NCBI GenBank assembly: GCA_965227405.1
Contig: OZ245758.1
Coordinates: 1,449,693-1,513,692 of the forward strand
Reading direction: 5' to 3'
DNA length: 64,000 nt
DNA from: Polyangiales bacterium
GTDB lineage: Bacteria; Myxococcota_A; Polyangia; Polyangiales; Houyiibacteriaceae
Position 1 is the stretch's first letter, and each line of letters begins with the position of its first letter. Shown piece after piece: positions 36,552-42,913 of this stretch. The notes under the pieces were generated by a model. The model was not told where the DNA came from and made no database searches. It saw only the letters and a program-made list of their open reading frames with translations. Made by a program: the position numbers and the translations under genes.

Positions 36552-37492
36552 TGCGGCGGCAGTCCTTTCATCGCGTTTGTGACCAGTTTCGTCAGGCGCG
36601 ACGCGTCCATCGGCTCGGGATTGGGATAGGGCGCGCGCATCACCTCACTCACCACATCGTTCACAGGCACCGCTTTCGCAAGCTGCGTCGGTGCACCGAT
36701 GTTTTGCATCAGCGTGAAAAGCGCGTTGGGGTCCAGATCCGTATGGTTCTGGTTGTACGCGATCACGTGTGGAAGCAGCACCGCGTGAGTGTCCGCATGG
36801 GGCAAACCGTGTGTTCCACCCAACACGTGGGCGAGCTTGTGCTGCAAGCCCATCGTGCCGCGATGCAGAGCGATGCCCGAGTCATGGGCGGCTCGTAGCG
36901 CCGCTTCACGCAGTGCCAAGTCCTTCGGTGTCGCAACCAGTTGAGGGAGCGTGTCCATCCAGCCCTCGATCGCGCGAGAGCAAGCGGCGGCGAGCGCGTC
37001 GTCCGCACCGTTCCACGACGCGTCGACCGGATGCGCCATGGCGTTGAGCGCACTGGTGATCGATGTGGCGACGGGAAAGTTGAGCGTCAGCGCCGGATCG
37101 TAGACCACGAGTTGTGGACGCACGCGTGGTTCGCGCGAAGTTGTTTTGCCGGTTGCGTTGGTGATCGCCCAGATGTCGGTCATCTCGGAGCCGGCGTATG
37201 TGGTCGGAACAGCCCCAAAGATCACATCGCGATGGAACGCGATGGCTTTGCCCAAACCTGTGGCCGTGCCACCACCAATGCTCAGAATCGCGTCCGCATC
37301 GCCAAGTTGTTCGAGAGCCGCATCGACGACGCGTTGCGGCAGCTGCGGCTCGGCAATCGCAAGTGCACGCACATCCGGGGGCGCATACTCGACCCGCCCA
37401 GGCGTCGTAATCACAACAACGCGTGTGGCACCAAGCTGATGCAGCTCGTCGATGGCTGAAGCCGCAAGCCCAGCCCCGAAGAGAACGCGCAC
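36548..37492 (-). CDS. Iron-containing alcohol dehydrogenase-family protein (maleylacetate reductase-like)
   Basis: GTG start overlapping the upstream stop. SIGGGTATGLGKAIA (GGGSxxD-like). Metal-binding His cluster HKLAHVLGGTHGLPH. Confidence 0.75.
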   Translation of the reverse strand: MRVLFGAGLAASAIDELHQLGATRVVVITTPGRVEYAPPDVRALAIAEPQLPQRVVDAALEQLGDADAILSIGGGTATGLGKAIAFHRDVIFGAVPTTYAGSEMTDIWAITNATGKTTSREPRVRPQLVVYDPALTLNFPVATSITSALNAMAHPVDASWNGADDALAAACSRAIEGWMDTLPQLVATPKDLALREAALRAAHDSGIALHRGTMGLQHKLAHVLGGTHGLPHADTHAVLLPHVIAYNQNHTDLDPNALFTLMQNIGAPTQLAKAVPVNDVVSEVMRAPYPNPEPMDASRLTKLVTNAMKGLPPQ

Positions 37493-37493
37493 C

Positions 37494-37931
37494 TTACGCG
37501 GTGTGGGATTCGATCAGCTTGCTGAGACGCGGGATCGCGGCTTCCACGTTCTTCTTGGCGCTTCCGCGAAGACGCTTGTACGTGCCTTTGACCAAACCGT
37601 TGGTGGACTTCTGCGCTTTGGCGTCTGTCACCGCGAGCAACGCGTCGGCAACGCGCGCACTGTTGGCGGGAAAGAACGCGCTCACGCTCTGACCTTGGGC
37701 CACGGCTTCCGCGTGAATCGGCTCAAGCGCATCTGCGAACTCGGGCAAGAGTCCTTCGACGACCGACTTCACAAAACCGGGCTTGATGCCTTTGACAGCC
37801 TTGTACCCAGCCTTGACCGCAGCGCCGCCGAGACCACGCTTGTCGGCGACCTCTTCGTCGATGAGCTTCAGGCAATCCTGAACAATGGCGGGCTTCTTGG
37901 ACTCGTCGGTCAATGCGGCAGAGAGACTCAT
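37494..37931 (-). CDS. Hypothetical Lys/Ala-rich protein (about 146 aa)
   Basis: Start at MSLSAALTDE. Lies 20 bp downstream of the Dam stop, across a perfect GGCCATATGGCC palindrome. No recognisable motif. Confidence 0.45.
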   Translation of the reverse strand: MSLSAALTDESKKPAIVQDCLKLIDEEVADKRGLGGAAVKAGYKAVKGIKPGFVKSVVEGLLPEFADALEPIHAEAVAQGQSVSAFFPANSARVADALLAVTDAKAQKSTNGLVKGTYKRLRGSAKKNVEAAIPRLSKLIESHTA

Positions 37932-37951
37932 GAGGAGGCCATATGGCCTCT

Positions 37952-39079
37952 TTAGGCGCGTCGGGCAAGCGGGGATCCGACCGCTTTCACTGCCGCACAT
38001 GCGCGTTCCACGGCTTCTTCTGCAGGCGCGACCACGAAGATCAGCTCTTTGTTTTCCGTGTGCGAAACCTTGCCCACCTTCTGACCCTTGGGATTGTGGA
38101 TTCCGATCTTGGCTCCGACGTACCGACCGAATGCAACGGGAACAACACCCACGTGGCCTTTGCTCTCGAGAATGCTCACCACCACGTCGCGAGAGAGGTA
38201 GCCCTCGTTGTTGAACGAGACGACCAGGTTCGGAGCACGAACCGCGTCCACGACCGCGCGAAACGCGTCTTCGATCTTGCGCTTGGAGTTGAACTCGCTC
38301 TTTCGTTCGCGACAGTCCGTTCGTTTGCGGGCAACTCCATACGCTTCAGGCGCGTCCCAACGAACGAGCGTTTCCCAGATGTGATAGTTGCCTAAGTAGC
38401 TGTGCTGGTTGTACGGCGGGTCGAGATACACCGCGTCGAGATCCTGCTTCGCGGCTTCGAGCGCATCGCCTTCGCGCGCGTGTCCCTTCCCAGGAACGAG
38501 CTCGGGCAAACGTAACTGCAGATCATTGTGCGCGCGCTTCGCCCATTTCTTGAGATAGGCCATCTGCACGCCCGTTGTGCTGTCCACGCGATCCGCCGCC
38601 TCCATCAGGGAGACAAGAACAATCGCGCGTACGTTTTCGTTCAGGTCGAGTTCGTCGATCGCATCTCGGATCGCGTCGACCTTGGCGCCGTTCTTCGGAT
38701 GGAAGTAACGAGCGTCGCGGCAGAAGGTTTCCGTGAAGTAGCCGTCCTTCGGTGTGACCGAGGCGAGCTTGGCGAGATGTTTCTCGGCGTGTTCTGCATC
38801 TTGTTGTGTTGCCGCGACGTAACAGCGAGCAAGCGTCGCCGCGAAACGGAGTTGGTCGTTGGCGAAGACTTCGTATCCGGCTTCGCGTAAGGCACGACCG
38901 ACTCGCGCCGTTCCGCTGAACAAGTCGCCGACACGCTTCACATTGGGAAGCTCCGCGAACGCCGCCAGGATGTGCGGAAGCAGAAGGCGTTTGGATCCGA
39001 GGTACTTGATCACGTCGGCGGCGACACCATAGGACGGAACGCCGAGGTTTTTGGTCCTTTTCGGGGGAGTGCGGTTCAT
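37952..39079 (-). CDS. Dam-family (D12-class) DNA N6-adenine methyltransferase, with no adjacent restriction gene
   Basis: KYLGSKRLLLPHI (cf. Dam KWAGGKRxLLP) and YLDPPYNQHSY (DPPY catalytic motif). The ATG at 39077-39079 lies inside a dispersed repeat element. An internal GTG (VAADVIKYLGSKR) is an alternative start. Confidence 0.8.
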   Translation of the reverse strand: MNRTPPKRTKNLGVPSYGVAADVIKYLGSKRLLLPHILAAFAELPNVKRVGDLFSGTARVGRALREAGYEVFANDQLRFAATLARCYVAATQQDAEHAEKHLAKLASVTPKDGYFTETFCRDARYFHPKNGAKVDAIRDAIDELDLNENVRAIVLVSLMEAADRVDSTTGVQMAYLKKWAKRAHNDLQLRLPELVPGKGHAREGDALEAAKQDLDAVYLDPPYNQHSYLGNYHIWETLVRWDAPEAYGVARKRTDCRERKSEFNSKRKIEDAFRAVVDAVRAPNLVVSFNNEGYLSRDVVVSILESKGHVGVVPVAFGRYVGAKIGIHNPKGQKVGKVSHTENKELIFVVAPAEEAVERACAAVKAVGSPLARRA

Positions 39080-39107
39080 TTCTGACCCTGTCCCCAAACT
39101 GAACCCC
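39073..39107 (-). repeat. Dispersed palindromic repeat element, copy A (subfamily 1). The minus strand reads GGTTCAGTTTGGGGACAGGGTCAGAAATGAACC, with an about 35-bp conserved extension running into the Dam 5' coding region.
   Basis: Near-identical to copy E (59871-59905). Inverted relative to copy D (59777-59809). Confidence 0.7.
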
Positions 39108-39158
39108 CAAAAGAATACCCGCCGCATGGTGGTGCGGCGGGTTTCGATAGGTTCGGGT

Positions 39159-39500
39159 TTAGCTCAGTTCGACTTTGCCGTGGTCGTCGCAGTGGTCGCC
39201 GTGCGGGTGATGCAGGTGACCATCGACGATGTAGTCGACGTGATCTCCATGAGGAACCGCCTCATGACCGCATCCCGGTCCATGAACGTGATCCGCGTCA
39301 TGACCGCCACAGGTATGCGCCGGAGTGCAGTCTGCAGGGTTGTCCGCGCTCACATCAAGCGCGTGCTCTTCGACCGTTCCGTCCGCCTTCGGGTGGTGCA
39401 AATGACCGTCGTGGACAAAGTCGACGTGGTCACCGTGCTTGATCGCGGTGTGTCCACAGTCGGGTCCGTGCTTGTGGTCGTGGTCGTCATGAGTATGCAT
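39159..39500 (-). CDS. Histidine-rich putative metal-binding protein with an internal duplication (113 aa, about 30% His)
   Basis: Two copies of HGPxCGHxAxxHGDHVDxxxDGHLHHP. 11 bp downstream of the ArsR/SmtB gene. Confidence 0.65.
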   Translation of the reverse strand: MHTHDDHDHKHGPDCGHTAIKHGDHVDFVHDGHLHHPKADGTVEEHALDVSADNPADCTPAHTCGGHDADHVHGPGCGHEAVPHGDHVDYIVDGHLHHPHGDHCDDHGKVELS

Positions 39501-39511
39501 TGTCGATCTCC

Positions 39512-39850
39512 TTAGTCGTGCGACGCGTGCTCCAACGCGCCCCGAACCAACTCACGAACGTGATCATCCGCGAGCGTGTAATAAATGTGCTTGCCTTCAC
39601 GACGGCGCTTTACGAGCCCTTCAGAACGCAAAATCTTGAGACGCTGAGACACCGTGGACATGCCGTCCCCGCTCTCCGCGGCGAGGTCCGTCACGCAATG
39701 CTCCTCGCACAAAAGGCAGTGCAGAATGCGCAGCCTTCCTGGATCCCCCGCCGCGCGGAACAGCGCAGCGGCACGTTCGAGCACCTCCGGTTTGACCGGA
39801 GCGTGGTCGCGACCTGAGTGGTCGTCGGAATCACACGTGTCGTGAACCAT
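39512..39850 (-). CDS. ArsR/SmtB-family metal-sensing transcriptional repressor
   Basis: wHTH GRLRILHCLLCEEHCVTDLAAESGDGMSTVSQRLKILRSEGLV. Candidate metal ligands CDSDDH (N-terminal), CxxC in alpha3, HASHD at the C-terminus. Confidence 0.85.
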   Translation of the reverse strand: MVHDTCDSDDHSGRDHAPVKPEVLERAAALFRAAGDPGRLRILHCLLCEEHCVTDLAAESGDGMSTVSQRLKILRSEGLVKRRREGKHIYYTLADDHVRELVRGALEHASHD

Positions 39851-39858
39851 ATCTACAT

Positions 39859-39874
39859 TTCATCATATGTTGAA
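39859..39874. promoter_or_regulatory. 16-bp near-palindrome TTCATCATATGTTGAA (TTCAnCATATGnTGAA) in the AT-rich divergent promoter region. Candidate ArsR/SmtB operator.
   Basis: 9 bp upstream of the arsR-like ATG. It sits in an unusually AT-rich 78-bp intergenic region. Confidence 0.45.
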
Positions 39875-39928
39875 GTGTTGAGTTGGTCAAGATTCTATTG
39901 AGCAATTCCAGCGAGATTCGTCTCCAAT

Positions 39929-41017
39929 GTGGAACTAGCCATCAGGGAAAGCCGACCTACGTTGGCGGGAGTGCCGTCCACCCCGCCTGCCCGCATCCGC
40001 AAGACTCGAGTTGTTTTCCTTGATGCCGGCCAGGCCCGTGATGTCGCAGACACGCGCCGAACCATGCTGCCTGGCCCGCTCTACTCGGCCGATGTCATGG
40101 GGTTCCGCAACGCGTTTCGACAGCACTACGAGCCCATCCGCCGGTTCGTTGCGGAGCGTGATCTCGGGGTGGCGTTGGTTGCGGTGCATGACAACGGACA
40201 CCTCGGTGGTCGTGCGTGGATCGGCGCGCGCATGGGCGCGATCCAAAGCGCGGTAATCGGGCGTCATCCCTCCGTGGATCTTTTTCTGCAGGACGATCCC
40301 TCTCTCTCGAATCGACATCTCGCGTTGGTGATCGATCCCGTGAGCACATGGGAGCCCAACGACCTGCGCTTTCGATTTCTGGATCTGCGAACCGGCGCAG
40401 CCATGTGGACCGAAACGGGCGACCGAGTCGAGGCGCTCGTTTCCGAAGGCCCGGCGTTTGTTCGTATCGGTTCGTATCGCTTGATGGCGTTTCAAACCGG
40501 TGGACTGCCGTGGCCCAACAACGCCGATGATGCGTGGGACACGCTTCCGGAACGAGTCTTCGTCGATGAGCGAGAAGCCGAGCCCGACCGATGGAAGCGA
40601 CTGGCGCTACAAGCTCAGCAGCAACAACGCAGTCGACGCAGAAAGATCACGCTCCTCCCAGGAGCACTGGGTAGCAACGAATTACGCGGCGGCCGACCGC
40701 TTGGAACACTCACGATTCGCTCACACCATGGACGCATCGAGCGCGAACTGACGCGCGCCGAAGCACAACGTGGGGTGATTCTGGGGCGCGAACCACGGTG
40801 TGATTTCGCCGGATTACTCGCGATTATTGAGGTTTCCCGCGTGCACATGATGATCGTGGAGATCGGTCGACGCTTGTATGCCATCGACGCCGGCAGCCTC
40901 GCGGGGATCCGGCACGGTGGCCAAGCCGTGCGCGTGTTGGAGCTGGATCAGGAGCGCACGTTTTCCATGGGAGCGCACCTGGTCGGAATGCACTGGCAGC
41001 CCATCGCGCTCCACTGA
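39929..41017 (+). CDS. FHA-domain protein (C-terminal FHA domain, and a second FHA-like region N-terminal)
   Basis: C-terminal GVILGREPRCDFAG...VSRVHMMIVEIGRRLYAIDAGSLAGIRHGGQAV. N-terminal IGRHPSVDLFLQDDPSLSNRHLAL is FHA-like. Confidence 0.65.
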   Translation: MELAIRESRPTLAGVPSTPPARIRKTRVVFLDAGQARDVADTRRTMLPGPLYSADVMGFRNAFRQHYEPIRRFVAERDLGVALVAVHDNGHLGGRAWIGARMGAIQSAVIGRHPSVDLFLQDDPSLSNRHLALVIDPVSTWEPNDLRFRFLDLRTGAAMWTETGDRVEALVSEGPAFVRIGSYRLMAFQTGGLPWPNNADDAWDTLPERVFVDEREAEPDRWKRLALQAQQQQRSRRRKITLLPGALGSNELRGGRPLGTLTIRSHHGRIERELTRAEAQRGVILGREPRCDFAGLLAIIEVSRVHMMIVEIGRRLYAIDAGSLAGIRHGGQAVRVLELDQERTFSMGAHLVGMHWQPIALH

Positions 41018-41024
41018 GGTTTCG

Positions 41025-42857
41025 TCAGTGTGCGTGGCCGTGACCGCCATGCCCGTGACCGCCATGCCCGTGACCGCCATGTCCGTGACCGCCATGTCCG
41101 TGACCGCCGTGTCCGTGACCATGTCCGTGGTGCCCGCCGAGTGCTGCTAGCCAACCGCGTAGACCCGAGAACCACACCCCTGCACCGGCGAGCAAGCAGA
41201 GCAACGCAAGTCCCACGTTGGCCCACCAGCCGTGAGCGTGTGCATGACTGTGATACGCAACGGGAACCGTCGGATCGAGCGCGTTCAACCCCACGCCAAC
41301 ACCCCACGCCACAACAACCAGACCCGCAATGGCACCCAGCGCTGCACGAGCTCCATACGCCGCACGAAGCCAGCCCACCGTGGCCAGATTTGTGGCGGGG
41401 CCAAGCAGCAGCCCGACGAGCACAGCACCCGGTGAAAGACCTTTGCCGATCAAGACCGCGGCCAAGGGCGTCGCACTTGTCGCGCACACGTAGCTCGGCA
41501 CAGCGACCATCGTCACGACCAGGAAGTCGGCGAACACGCCCCACCCTTCGAAGGCATCGCTCGGAAGCACGGCCTGCAGATACGCCGCGGCGAGCAAACC
41601 AACCGCGGTCCAAGGCAGCGTGTGTCGCAACACTTCGTCGAGCTGCGCAAAGAAGAACTTCAGGCGCGAGCCCTCAGGTCCTGTATCGACGACTGGACCG
41701 ATCTCGGGCGCAATGGTCTGACGCTTTTTCAGCAACGAGGAGACCAGTAGTGCCGCCACGAGCGAGACCGCCATGGCCGCGAGCAAGCGCGTCCACGCAA
41801 AGGTCCAACCGAGGAACTTCACCGAGAGCGCAAAGGTCTCGATGCCCAGCTCAGGCGTCGCTAGGAGCAACGCAACCACCAACGCTGGCGCCGCTTTGCG
41901 CTGCTTCAGTGATTGCGCGACAGGCAAGATCCCGCACGCGCAAATCGGCAAAGGCAGCCCCAACAGCACGCCCTTTCCAGCTAGGCGGAACGACGAACCA
42001 CCTCGCAGCCAACGATCTGGAATGTGTCGTCCGAACGTTTGGAGAATCGCCGCAAGCGTGAGTCCGATCAGGAGAACCGGCGCCGTTTCCAAACTCAACT
42101 CGAGCAACGCTGCGCCCGTGTCCGCACGAACGCTCTCGGCAAGATTGATCCCACCAACACCAGGGTGACCTTGCCCAAGAACCACCAAGGTCACCCCCGC
42201 AGCAGCCGCACCAAAATCGGTGAGCCGAGCTGCCCAACCGGTTGGCATCGCGGCAGTCCACCCGTGCATCACCACGTGGAGGAGCAAACCCGCCGTGGCG
42301 GCCGACACCCAGGGATGCGCAGCCATCAGCGCATCGGTGGGCACCAGGTTCACCAACAACACCCCAACCACGGCACACGTGGCGAGAATCCCGGCGCGCA
42401 TCAATGCGTGCTTCATCCCTCGAGGGAGAAACGCGAGCACGACCATCACAGTCACGGGAACCGCATGCGCAGCAACCGCAAAGAGAACATCAAACGATGG
42501 CGCGACCGGACCCACGCCGGGCCAAATCGGCGAAGCAAAGTGACCCAGCGCAATCCCGTCGGCGACCTTGTGGAGACACAGGCCCACAAAACCAAGCTCG
42601 AGACCGAGTGCACGGTTGCTCGACACGTGCGCCCATCGATCCAAGCCCGCGGCGAAAACCAGACTCAGCGCAAACACGACAAGCGCAACCAAGCCAACGC
42701 CGGCGAGTGCTTCGGGCAGCAGGTGCACGAGCACCACACCCAACGCAGACACAACAGCAAAGGTCTGAATGCCCGTGAGTGCGGTGGCTGTCCGCGAGAG
42801 CGCGAGCAGCGTGCCGAAGACGACAGACCCGATGGCGATGGCCAACGCGATGGTCAT
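41025..42857 (-). CDS. Metal transporter fusion: N-terminal ZIP-like (ZupT-like) half, C-terminal DUF318/ArsP-type permease half (CxC motif), and a C-terminal (HGHGG)n His-rich tail
   Basis: ZIP-like HKVADGIALGH. DUF318-like LPICACGILPVAQSL. C-terminus GHHGHGHGHGGHGHGGHGHGGHGHGGHGHGGHGHAH. About 14 TM segments. Confidence 0.7.
   Translation of the reverse strand: MTIALAIAIGSVVFGTLLALSRTATALTGIQTFAVVSALGVVLVHLLPEALAGVGLVALVVFALSLVFAAGLDRWAHVSSNRALGLELGFVGLCLHKVADGIALGHFASPIWPGVGPVAPSFDVLFAVAAHAVPVTVMVVLAFLPRGMKHALMRAGILATCAVVGVLLVNLVPTDALMAAHPWVSAATAGLLLHVVMHGWTAAMPTGWAARLTDFGAAAAGVTLVVLGQGHPGVGGINLAESVRADTGAALLELSLETAPVLLIGLTLAAILQTFGRHIPDRWLRGGSSFRLAGKGVLLGLPLPICACGILPVAQSLKQRKAAPALVVALLLATPELGIETFALSVKFLGWTFAWTRLLAAMAVSLVAALLVSSLLKKRQTIAPEIGPVVDTGPEGSRLKFFFAQLDEVLRHTLPWTAVGLLAAAYLQAVLPSDAFEGWGVFADFLVVTMVAVPSYVCATSATPLAAVLIGKGLSPGAVLVGLLLGPATNLATVGWLRAAYGARAALGAIAGLVVVAWGVGVGLNALDPTVPVAYHSHAHAHGWWANVGLALLCLLAGAGVWFSGLRGWLAALGGHHGHGHGHGGHGHGGHGHGGHGHGGHGHGGHGHAH
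41031..41120. repeat. 15-bp tandem repeat (gtgaccgccatgccc, about 6 copies) encoding the (HGHGG)n tail
   Basis: Read directly. Confidence 0.85.
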
Positions 42858-42913
42858 GCACGCCTCATGTCCTTGAACCTACAGGCGAAACGCCCGGGCG
42901 CAAGGATCCTGCA

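Noticed and set aside
39073-39107. Repeat family interpreted as a myxobacterial LexA box (CTRHAMRYBYGTTCAGS) or a sigma-54 promoter
   Set aside because: GTTCAG is present, but the required upstream CTRHAMRYBY half is absent in every copy, and there is no TGGCAC-N5-TTGC spacing. It is treated as a novel repeat element instead.
39139-39165. tRNA-like D-loop string 'ttagctcagttcgac'
   Set aside because: It lies within the 3' end and stop of the His-rich protein gene (GKVELS*). There is no acceptor stem or T-loop (GGTTCGAATCC-type) nearby.
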